From an uncultured bacterium (GTDB lineage Bacteria > AUK180), in contig CALMGJ010000018.1 of NCBI GenBank assembly GCA_937863565.1, positions 1 through 38,043 on the forward strand: a DNA stretch of 38,043 nucleotides. Direction: 5' to 3'. The stretch's first letter is position 1, and each line of letters starts with the position of its first letter. Shown here piece after piece: positions 27,596-36,800 of the stretch. The translations under genes were made by a program, and so were the position numbers. The notes under the pieces were generated by a model. The model ran no database searches. It saw nothing but the letters and a program-made list of their open reading frames with translations, and was not told the DNA's origin.

Positions 27596-28560
27596 CAGAA
27601 CCCTCCGCTTAATATGTCATGCATATGGATCACGCCGCAGACGGAGCCGTTGCGGAACGAAAGAACGGGCAGTACCGTGATCTTTCCATCCTCCATTATC
27701 CTAACCGCTTCTTTGAGCGACATCGCCTGTTCGGCCGTTTTTGGTCTTTTGGTCATTATTTTCCCGGCTGTCATTTCGAATGCATCCCTTCCGTATTTTT
27801 CGAATATGCGCCGGATATCTCCATCCGTTATCACGCCGAGAAGTTTTTTTCCGTTATCGGCAACGATGCCGAGGCCAAGTCTGTGCGATGATACTGCGTA
27901 GAGTATATCTTTCAATTTATCTGTCTTTTTCAGAAAAGGGATCTCCTTTCCGCGGTGCATCACTTCGTTAACTTTCATGTTCAAGACCTGGCCCAGACTG
28001 CCTCCGGGATGCAGCGCGCCGAAGTCCTCGGGCGTGAATTTTTTCGTTTTTGCCACGGCAATCGCTATGGCATCGCCCAGGGCGAGCGTGAGGACAGAAG
28101 AGAGCGTGGGCACATAATCCATTACGGAAAGTTCCTTTTTCAGGGGAAGAAGAACGGGGATGTCCGATCTTTTGAACAATGTGGAGTTCCTGTTCGCGGT
28201 TAAAGATATTATCCCGATCCCGTTCTTCGAACAATAGGAATAGAAATATCCGAACTCCCTCTGCTCGCCGCTGAAGGAGATGAGAAAAACAAGGTCGCCC
28301 TTTTTTATGAGCCCGAGCTCCCCGTGCCCGGCCTCGGCCGGATGGAGGAAAAGGGCGGGCGTGCCCGTCGAAGAGAAAGTAGAGGCGATCTTCTGGGCGA
28401 TGAGCCCGGATTTGCCTATGCCGCTTATGATGAGTTTTCCGGCGAGCGCAGATATGGCGGCCACTGCCTTATCAATATTGGCATCGAGCATGCCGCCGCA
28501 TTCACGCAGCGCTTCGCATTCTTCCTTTATGACCTTCTTTATGAGATCGCGGTTTTTCAT
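27595..28560 (-). CDS. kdsD: Arabinose-5-phosphate isomerase (KpsF/GutQ family, SIS + CBS domains)
   Basis: GIGKSG.IA.KIASTFSSTGTPA.FLHPAEA.HG, HPGGSLG, ITDGDIRR. Confidence 0.93.
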   Translation of the reverse strand: MKNRDLIKKVIKEECEALRECGGMLDANIDKAVAAISALAGKLIISGIGKSGLIAQKIASTFSSTGTPALFLHPAEAGHGELGLIKKGDLVFLISFSGEQREFGYFYSYCSKNGIGIISLTANRNSTLFKRSDIPVLLPLKKELSVMDYVPTLSSVLTLALGDAIAIAVAKTKKFTPEDFGALHPGGSLGQVLNMKVNEVMHRGKEIPFLKKTDKLKDILYAVSSHRLGLGIVADNGKKLLGVITDGDIRRIFEKYGRDAFEMTAGKIMTKRPKTAEQAMSLKEAVRIMEDGKITVLPVLSFRNGSVCGVIHMHDILSGGF

Positions 28561-28566
28561 AATGTT

Positions 28567-28594
28567 ATTTTAAACTATTTTCCTTTTTTTTCAA
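28567..28594 (-). promoter_or_regulatory. Sigma70-type promoter for kdsD, putative leaderless
   Basis: TTGAAA (28589-28594), 16 bp, TAAAAT (28567-28572), 6 nt to ATG 28560; no SD. Confidence 0.55.
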
Positions 28595-30242
28595 GCGGAA
28601 CGGGACAGGCGGACCTTCTGCTCCCGATCTTCCGCGCTCTGTTCTCTAATGCGTCCGCTATTTCCGTCTCACCGGCATATCTCATCATTTGAGCGTATTC
28701 GCGGAGCGCATCAGCCATGAAACGAGATGCCTTGAACCTTTCGAAGATATTTATAGCCTGCTCGAACAGGGTTTGAAGCCTTTTCTCATTCACTTGGCCC
28801 TCGGTTTTCATCTTCTCGAATTCGGAGACAGCGCCGGCAAGGATCGCTTTCCCTTTAAGGGCTGCATAGTTGCCCTTCGTTGAAAAGACAAGGGCCTCCT
28901 CCGCAAAGGCCATGGCTTCTTCTATATTTTCTTTTGTACCGCGTCCTGAGCGGAAGCGGCGGATATTCATCCGCGCATAATCCAGTTTCGTTCCGATAGC
29001 ATTTTCGGTCATGTTCATCGCTGAGAACATCTCGATGCTTTCCCTGAACTCCGCTTCGGCCCTTTCATAGTCCTCGAACTCGGAGCGGACATTCCCAAGC
29101 GTTCTTTTTGCAATGGCAAGGTCCTTGTTGAGTTTGATTCCCGCGCATAATGATATAGCCTTTTCGCAAAGGGCTGCAGAACCCATGAGATCCTTTCTTT
29201 CCAGAAGGAGACCGGCAAGAAGATTCAGATTGAAAACCGTCCCGTATGCGTCCTTCATCATATCGCAGAGTTCGAGGGAATGCTTTGATGATTTTTCTGC
29301 CGAGCGCAGATCACCGAGCTTCTCACTGTTCAGCGCGGCGTTGAAAGCGCTCATCGCTTCTCCTTTGCTGTCGCCTACTTTATTGAAGATCCGGACGGCC
29401 TCTTCATAGCAGGAAAGCGCCATCCTGAATTTCTGTCTGTCCGCGTATATGCCCGCGATATTGTGAAGGGCCATCCCCACTCCCTGAAGATAACCTGTCT
29501 TCCTGAAAAGATCCAGGGCCTTTCTGAAGAACCTGCCCGCGGGGACGGATTTCCCCATGCGTTTCAGTGAATAGGCCATATTGTTGTACTGGAAAGCCTG
29601 GCCCTGAACATCGCCTATTTTCATTTGTATGGCAAGTCCTTTTTCATAATGTTCCAGTGCGGCCGCATATTCCCTCCGCGATTGGAGCACAAAGCCGATA
29701 TTCGCATGGACTGTGCTCAATCCGGGCAGATAATTCAGCTCGCCGTACATGCCGAAGGCATTCTCGAAATATTCCAGCGCCTTGTCATTGTCGTTCTTGA
29801 GGCTGTGTACGCGACCGATATTGTTGAGGTTCGTAGCAAGGCCTATGCGGTCGCCAACCTCCCGTTGAAGGCCGATCGACCGTTCGTAATATTCAAGCGC
29901 TTTATCGAATTCCCCTTTTACACGGAAAGCGTACCCGATATTGGACAAACATTGCGCTTCGCCTTTTTTATCACCCGTTTTTCCGAAAAGTTCCATGGCC
30001 TCGGCCGCTTCCTTCGCGGCGTCGTCTATTCTGCTAAGGGAGAAAAGGACCGCGCTAAGTTCGTACTTCGGGCCGGCAAGCACCGCCGGATCGCCGAGCT
30101 CTTCCCCTTTTCTTATCGCATCGCGAAGGTCTGAAAGAGCTTCCTCGTTCTTCCCGAGAAGATTGCAGATGCCCGCGCGGCCGGATAATGCCTTAATGAA
30201 GACCGTACTGCGATCGCGTGTGTTCTCCTTCATGTTCTTCAT
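28575..30242 (-). CDS. Tetratricopeptide-repeat protein (~40 aa repeats), no recognisable catalytic domain
   Basis: Repeats such as GDKKGEAQCLSNIGYAF..GEFDKALEYYERS and GDRIGLATNLNNIG. Confidence 0.88.
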   Translation of the reverse strand: MKNMKENTRDRSTVFIKALSGRAGICNLLGKNEEALSDLRDAIRKGEELGDPAVLAGPKYELSAVLFSLSRIDDAAKEAAEAMELFGKTGDKKGEAQCLSNIGYAFRVKGEFDKALEYYERSIGLQREVGDRIGLATNLNNIGRVHSLKNDNDKALEYFENAFGMYGELNYLPGLSTVHANIGFVLQSRREYAAALEHYEKGLAIQMKIGDVQGQAFQYNNMAYSLKRMGKSVPAGRFFRKALDLFRKTGYLQGVGMALHNIAGIYADRQKFRMALSCYEEAVRIFNKVGDSKGEAMSAFNAALNSEKLGDLRSAEKSSKHSLELCDMMKDAYGTVFNLNLLAGLLLERKDLMGSAALCEKAISLCAGIKLNKDLAIAKRTLGNVRSEFEDYERAEAEFRESIEMFSAMNMTENAIGTKLDYARMNIRRFRSGRGTKENIEEAMAFAEEALVFSTKGNYAALKGKAILAGAVSEFEKMKTEGQVNEKRLQTLFEQAINIFERFKASRFMADALREYAQMMRYAGETEIADALENRARKIGSRRSACPVPLEKKGK

Positions 30243-31993
30243 TCCGTATTACATCTCATCTTTTCCTTTTCGGTGCGGAAGACGGGGCAAGGGGACTTTC
30301 CGGACCGCCTGAAAGAAAGGCGATGTGTTATTTCTTCTGATTCTTTCAGTATTTTTCCGGCGAGCAGAGCCTTGTTCTCTTGCTTCAAGTGCTCTGCATA
30401 TCGCATCAGTATTTTCGCTTTCAAGTAAAGGTCCCCGGCTTTTTCGGCCATTGACAACGCTTCCGCGAAAGACCTGCAGACCGCCCCGTCTGTTCCCAGA
30501 CCCAGAATTTTTTTTGCCGCATACCTGTGGAAGGCCAGAACGGACATCGCTTCCGCTCTCATATGTATGCGTGTTTTCCCGTCCGAGTGTTCGATCGGTT
30601 CTCTAAGTTCATTCGCTGCCTCTTCAAGAAGGCGTTCCACTTCTTTGGAAGGAAGGCTCCCGGTTTTAAGGCATTTCAATATCTTCATCTCGGCATAACT
30701 TATCACGGCCCTCATCTGGGGCGTTTTCTTGCCCAGCGCTTTAAATTCTTTTATGCATTCATTGAAGCAGGTTTCAGCTTCCCGGTATTCCCCTGTTTCA
30801 GCAGTTATCCTTCCCAGCGTCCAATTCGCGGCGGCCATTTCGGCTCTTTTTCCTGCGGCGGCGCACAATTCTTTCAAACGGTCGCAATGTTCTTTGGCGC
30901 TTTTCAGATCGTTTCGCTTCATGAGAAGTTCTGAAAGTTCCTGAAGGCTCATGATGCTCCAGTTCGTGTCGTTCATCTCTTCGCTTAGGGCGAGAGCATC
31001 CTTAAGGTTTTTTTCCGCCCTTGAATAATCTCCCGTTTTTAAGTAGATGAAGCCGGTGTTGAGAAGTATCATGGCCAGGCTTTTTTTGTTGTGCGTAGCA
31101 AAGCAGATGTTCCGCGCTTTTTTAAAGAAGTTCAGCGCTCTGTTATGCTCGTTCTTTTCCCCGAAGATCATTGCGATATTGTAAAACACCATGCTCTGTC
31201 CGTGTATGTTGTCCGATGCTTTAAAATGCCTGAGTGCGCTACGATAGTACTTCATGGCCTCGCCGGTCTTGTTCCAGGTCTTCAGAAGAAGGGCGATATT
31301 GTTGCAAGTAAATCCTTGTTCCTGGACATTTCCCGTCCTCTTATAGAAATCCAGGCTTTTTTTATAATAGCCGAAAGATTTCGCGTAATCCTTTTCCTGT
31401 TTATAGAATCTTCCCATATGGGAATAGTAAGGTCCCATGACGAAAGGATCGGTTATTTTCTTAAATATCTCGAAGGCCGACCTGTAGCATTTCGAGGCCT
31501 TGTCTTCTTCATTGATCATATGGTACAGCTGACCCATACTGTTATAGATATTGGCAATGCCGATCCGGTTTTCGAGCTGTTCCATCAATTCGAGCGCTTC
31601 GGCGTAGTATTCGAGGGCTTTTTCGAAATCCCCTTTGCTTTTACAGAACACTCCGGTATCGATCATGCATTCGGCCGCATTTATCCCGTCCCCCGACCGG
31701 GCATAATGTTCCGCCGCCGCGGTCGAAGCCCTTATTGCGTCGTCGAAACGGCCGGCATAGTAATATATGCCGCTCATATTATGACGGCACTCGGCGAGAA
31801 GGACCTCGTTTCTAAGCGTTTCCGCTTTATCGGTAGCCGTGACGATATCGGAAACGGCTTCATCGGTCCGTCCCGTGATGCTGAGGAGGGCGGCCCTTTC
31901 AAGAAGCGCCTTGGCAAAAAGCTGGCCGGGATCAGGGTCTCTACGGGAAAGGTCTTTTTCTTTTCTTGAACGATACGGTTTTTTTTCCTTCAT
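30239..31993 (-). CDS. Tetratricopeptide-repeat protein, paralog of 28575-30242
   Basis: Repeats such as GDFEKALEYYAEALELMEQLENRIGIANIYNSMG; three tandem ATGs at 31999/31996/31993, the last best placed relative to the promoter. Confidence 0.88.
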   Translation of the reverse strand: MKEKKPYRSRKEKDLSRRDPDPGQLFAKALLERAALLSITGRTDEAVSDIVTATDKAETLRNEVLLAECRHNMSGIYYYAGRFDDAIRASTAAAEHYARSGDGINAAECMIDTGVFCKSKGDFEKALEYYAEALELMEQLENRIGIANIYNSMGQLYHMINEEDKASKCYRSAFEIFKKITDPFVMGPYYSHMGRFYKQEKDYAKSFGYYKKSLDFYKRTGNVQEQGFTCNNIALLLKTWNKTGEAMKYYRSALRHFKASDNIHGQSMVFYNIAMIFGEKNEHNRALNFFKKARNICFATHNKKSLAMILLNTGFIYLKTGDYSRAEKNLKDALALSEEMNDTNWSIMSLQELSELLMKRNDLKSAKEHCDRLKELCAAAGKRAEMAAANWTLGRITAETGEYREAETCFNECIKEFKALGKKTPQMRAVISYAEMKILKCLKTGSLPSKEVERLLEEAANELREPIEHSDGKTRIHMRAEAMSVLAFHRYAAKKILGLGTDGAVCRSFAEALSMAEKAGDLYLKAKILMRYAEHLKQENKALLAGKILKESEEITHRLSFRRSGKSPCPVFRTEKEKMRCNTE

Positions 31994-31999
31994 CATCAT

Positions 32000-32027
32000 A
32001 TTCTACCACATTCACCCTTATACTCAA
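32000..32027 (-). promoter_or_regulatory. Sigma70-type promoter for the TPR pair, putative leaderless
   Basis: TTGAGT (32022-32027), 16 bp, TGgTAGAAT (-10 at 32000-32005), 6 nt to ATG 31993. Confidence 0.55.
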
Positions 32028-32062
32028 AAATAACGAAGTAAAACTGCCTAATTTTCTATCCG

Positions 32063-32092
32063 AAAAAAAGGGCCGCCCCTCCGGGGCGGCCC
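32063..32092 (-). terminator. Rho-independent terminator after the 499-aa outer-membrane protein gene
   Basis: GGGCCGCCCC-GGA-GGGGCGGCCC perfect 10 bp stem followed by T7. Confidence 0.92.
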
Positions 32093-32120
32093 CGTGGATA
32101 TCTGCGCGGGAGAACCGCTA

Positions 32121-33620
32121 TCAGAATTTAAGCTGTGAATACAACTTGATCTGCTTCACTTCTCCGCCGAAAGAATCCCAGCTTCTGAAGTATTCGTACA
32201 CGATCTGGGTGTTCTTGGAGATATCTATCATCACCATACCTTTTATTATGGTGTTTATTATATTGTCGAAATCTATCGTTTCCGCATCCACTTTCTGGAG
32301 CGTGAACTTGGCACCGATGCCGTAACCGATGAGGTTGCGGATGAGATTCGGGTTGAGTTCGAATTCGGCCTTGAGAAGAGGATAGATCTCCTCATACGGC
32401 GTATCCACATAATCCTCGTATGAAACATTCAGGCGGACCGCGTTCTGCATGATGTAGATGTTAAGGTCGCCGAAATAACCGGATATCCTTTTCGGGTCTT
32501 CGATCTTGCAGAGCCTGAGCGGTTTTAAAAATTCGTACTGGCCGTTGAAGACCGCCGGGACGAAATCCTCGGGGACATTGCGGTAGTCCACCTGGTACAT
32601 AAGGCGCATCGCATTTCCGAAAAGGAGCTGGCCTTTCACGCCGTAGAGATTTCCCATTTCCGTATCAAATCTTTCGCCGAGCGTATAATCATAGGCCTGA
32701 ATGCGCGCGAAATCTGAGATCAGAACAAGGAAATTGCCTATAATGGGAAGTTCGAAGTCGACGGCAAAGGCGGAAAGCTTCTTTTCCGGATCGTCTAGTT
32801 CGTCGAAAAGGCCCGCGTCGAGATACTGAATGTCCGTAGAAGTATCCCCCGCTGTATTGCCGACCAGGGAATAATTCCTGAACGCATCCCATCTGGCCTC
32901 TTCGTCCGTCATGAGGGAGATATTGAAAAGGGCGAGTTTGATCTCGTCGGTGATCTCGATCCCGTTCTGCGAATAGATGTCGATATATTGCTCATATCTT
33001 CTTAACTGGTCTTCCTCGGTCTTCCTGTCGGTGATGATCTCCCTTTGGACCTGATAGGGATCGGTATCCTCTATATAGGATGCTCCGACGGCAAAGCCGG
33101 AAAGAATGCCCTTTTTGACGAAAAGGGCCAACGGCCGAATGAAGAACCTTCCGCCTCTCACCTTGAAGTCGGAGATGTCGTTCGTTATCGTTTCGAAGCC
33201 GAAATACTTGAAGTCGATGTCCAGCTGTGCGCCGAGCTTCTTGAAACCTTTCTGGATGGAATATGCCGTGGCGTTCTGATAATGGCTCAAAATGAAGCCG
33301 TGTCCGAGCATCGAATCCTCGAGTATCCCGAACCTGGCATATATCGGTTTTACGAATTTGTCGCCCCATGTGACGTACTTGACCATCGAAAGAATGTCTT
33401 CAGTGGAATACGGATAGATGCCCTCGTCGTTCCATCTGAAGTAAAGATCAAGGCCCATGCCCAGCTTGCCCATCCTGATCTCCGGATTGAGGGCGAGCGA
33501 ATAATACAGAATGCCGTTGATCTGCTCCATACCTACGTTCCCGCCGAGTTCGAAATCGGCGGCATTCAGGTTCATACAGAATAAAGCGGCCAAAATTACA
33601 AGAATTACTTTCTTCATCAT
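32121..33620 (-). CDS. Hypothetical outer-membrane beta-barrel protein
   Basis: Signal peptide (..MNLNA-ADF), amphipathic strands, C-terminal beta-signal LYSQLKF; AGGAGGT SD. Confidence 0.75.
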   Translation of the reverse strand: MMKKVILVILAALFCMNLNAADFELGGNVGMEQINGILYYSLALNPEIRMGKLGMGLDLYFRWNDEGIYPYSTEDILSMVKYVTWGDKFVKPIYARFGILEDSMLGHGFILSHYQNATAYSIQKGFKKLGAQLDIDFKYFGFETITNDISDFKVRGGRFFIRPLALFVKKGILSGFAVGASYIEDTDPYQVQREIITDRKTEEDQLRRYEQYIDIYSQNGIEITDEIKLALFNISLMTDEEARWDAFRNYSLVGNTAGDTSTDIQYLDAGLFDELDDPEKKLSAFAVDFELPIIGNFLVLISDFARIQAYDYTLGERFDTEMGNLYGVKGQLLFGNAMRLMYQVDYRNVPEDFVPAVFNGQYEFLKPLRLCKIEDPKRISGYFGDLNIYIMQNAVRLNVSYEDYVDTPYEEIYPLLKAEFELNPNLIRNLIGYGIGAKFTLQKVDAETIDFDNIINTIIKGMVMIDISKNTQIVYEYFRSWDSFGGEVKQIKLYSQLKF

Positions 33621-33649
33621 TACCTCCTGTAGCGGTTTCTTTTTTTAAT

Positions 33650-33665
33650 TGCAATTTTTATGCCC
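33650..33665 (-). promoter_or_regulatory. Sigma54 (RpoN) -24/-12 promoter
   Basis: GGGCATAAAAATTGCA vs consensus TGGCAC-N5-TTGCW with exact GG-N10-GC spacing, ~30 nt upstream of the start codon. Confidence 0.7.
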
Positions 33666-33832
33666 TTATTTAATTGCTTATTTATTGGGCTCATTGATCC
33701 GAAAACTCCGAAAAGCGTGTAAAAATTTCATATAATTCTGTTGTATTTTTTCCATAATCGGAAAAAGAGCCGTCTCATACAACTCAATGCCGTCCGGGAT
33801 TTTTCCTAATATTTTATCCTGAAGTCCTCCGG

Positions 33833-36800
33833 TTACCTGACCAGGGCCGTTTTCAAAATTTTTCTTTTGCCGTTTGCCTCAACGACGACAATATAAACAC
33901 CGGAGGAAACGGCCTCACCGGCATCTGAAATGCAGGTCCACTCAACGGTATTACAGCCAGCGGTCCCGTTAACCGTGTGCTTATAGATATTTTCCCCCGA
34001 TATACTGAATATTTTAACGGAGATCTCCGCAGGCGTGCTAAGTGTAATATTGATATTCTGATTTATGCACCCGTTCCTGCACGGATTCGGCACGATCTGA
34101 ATCTTTGAAATATCGAGATCATCCGCCGTTTTCCGCAGATCGCTCAACAGGCTTTTGGCCGCAGCGGTTTCTCTTTCATATTCGGCTCCGATTACCGTTC
34201 CAAGACCGTCTATCAATACGTCTCCTCCCAATACATTACCCAGAGTAATTCCGTTACCTCCGATATCCACGGGGAAATCCGGAGCGTAAATGATTGAATT
34301 CAATTTCCCGTTCCCTTCTATTAACAGGGATCTTTCCTCCGACTCCCCGGGTGAAAAGAGCATCAGAAGATCGCCCGCTTCACCCGCAGTGTTGATGTTT
34401 GCCTGACCGGATATATACATGTTTCCCTTGCAGAATATTTCAATGCCGCAGTCGAACTCCACATTGGCCGTACCCGAAATCTCAATGCCGGTTAAATAAT
34501 ATACTCCTGCGGGAATGCTTATATTCTCTTCCTCTATTACCAGTTTCCCTTCCGTAAGAGTTAGATTCCCGTTGTCGTTGTTCTCGGATACATACCGTTC
34601 TATCTCGTCAAGGGAAAGTAATTCGGTCATAAGAGGAGCTGTGCACATTCGTATTTCTCCGGTAACGGAGCAATGATTGCCGATCTTTATCTCTTTGCAG
34701 GTCTCGGCATTTCCGTCTATCAGCGAATTGCCCTCAAGAATTATACTTTCATTGCTTCCCGCGTCTCCGTATATCTTTCCATTGCCCTGCAATAAAATGC
34801 CGTTCATTCCGAAACAGGCGTATCCGGGCATTGCGACAAACAGTTCCCTTTCCCGGACATCGCTTTCATTGCCAACATTATCCACAGAGTAGAACCGCAC
34901 ATCATGTGTCCCGAAAGGCAGAGAGAACGGTTCCGTGTATTCCTTCCAGATGCCGTCGGCTGTCCATAATATCTTTTGGACTCCCGAAGATACGCCAAGG
35001 TTCTCGGGATCGTCGGCGTTCAGCACTATCCTGGTGTTCTGAGATATGAAGTCCTTTCCGAAAGCATCGTAACACCCTCCCGACAGTGTTATTTCGGTTA
35101 TCGGCGGCGTCGCGTCGACATAAAGTACGCGTGAATTCGTATCTTCTCTGTTCAGCACCTTGTCCAGAGCATAGTATCTTATCTCGTGAATACCTTCTTC
35201 CAGATTGAACGGAACAGATTCGGCAAAGACGCCGCCGTCCCTTGAAACAAGGATGGTTTTTATTCCCGAAGAAACACCGTTATTCTCGGGATCAATTGCC
35301 TCAAGTCTCAATTCGGAACGGGAGCTCACATAAAACTTATCTTCCGTTTGGAATACTGATGCGGCGGAAAAATCAAGATTGGTCGCAGGTCCGGTGTTGT
35401 CAAGTTTTATTGTCCGGTCATTCGTGTCTTCCCTGTTCTCTACATTGTCGGTAGAAAAATATTCCAGCAGGTAAGAACCGTCCGCGCCGGATACTTTGAA
35501 CGGAGCCGTATAATCCGTCCATAGCGGAGTATCCCCTCCGGAGAGCGCGTATCTTATGTTCTTTATCCCGGAAGGAAATTCCCCGCCGTCGGTTGCCGAC
35601 AACATTATTTCCGTACAGGAAGAGATATATTCTTCATGATGAGCACCCGCCATCAGAGTATTGCTGACCGGAGGAGTGCGGTCCAGAACGAATACTGCTT
35701 TCTTTTGGACTTCTATATTTCCCGCATTGTCCGAACCTCCGTAATATAATTCATATATCCCTTCTTCGGTCATAACGAACGGACCCGAATAATCCGTTTT
35801 TTGGCCGTTTAGCGAATAACTTATCCCCGCTATTCCGGAGGATACGGAGGATACTACCGGATCGTCTGAGAATATTTCCACTGCGGAATTTCCGCCTATG
35901 AAGTTCATCTGGCCGTTATTGAAGAACGGTATTCCGAACGTGATGCCGCTTACGGGGGGAGTAAGATCGATCTTGACGATTTTTTCGAGTTCTGCCGACC
36001 AGATCCCCAAGAGATTCATCGCTTTTAGGTTGATTCGGAATATTCCGTCGGCCATCGTTTGAGCCCATTTGTCGCGACCGTCCCATATGACCGTACTCTC
36101 CTCATCCGCGAAGGTGTTGATGCTGCGATAGAGGATATTTTCCTCAGCCGCAGTGAAGATGTTCATCGCTACTGCGGCATTCTGCGAGACCTTCACACTG
36201 ATCGCTGCGGTATCGTAATTTCCGTTGTTATCGGGGCTTATTATCCCGGGGAACAGATCGCACATCGTTATCTCCGGGGCATTTTCCGGGAAGGGGACCG
36301 CCGCCAGGATATAAAGCGACAGATGATCGGTCCTTATCGCCACCGTATTTTTTTCGGGATTCCTCTCAACAAGACCGGAATCCGATTGAGCATACCGCCA
36401 CCTGCCCGTCTGGAAATCGAATGTGAAGACATTCAGATCCTCTTCATTCAGTCCCGCAATCTGGGCATCGTTATATTTGAACAAGAGTTCGATCCCGTTG
36501 TTCCGGAATGCATCAAGCCCTGACAACAGCCCGACATCATAAGCACTGCTCAATACCGGTTCTATGTATGTGGTATCGAAAAGAGCGTTCTGGTCCGTAT
36601 CAAACGCCGTGATTATCATGGTATCCAAATCATTATACATTGATTCGCGGGGAACGGTGACCTCCAGGGAATCATCGTCGCTTACAATGGTCCCGGGAAG
36701 GTTTCCCGGCGTATAACCGCACTGATTCGCCCGGCTGAAGTATTTCACCCATATATCCGACGATGTCATTCCGAATGGGACATACGCCAGTGCGGTAAAA

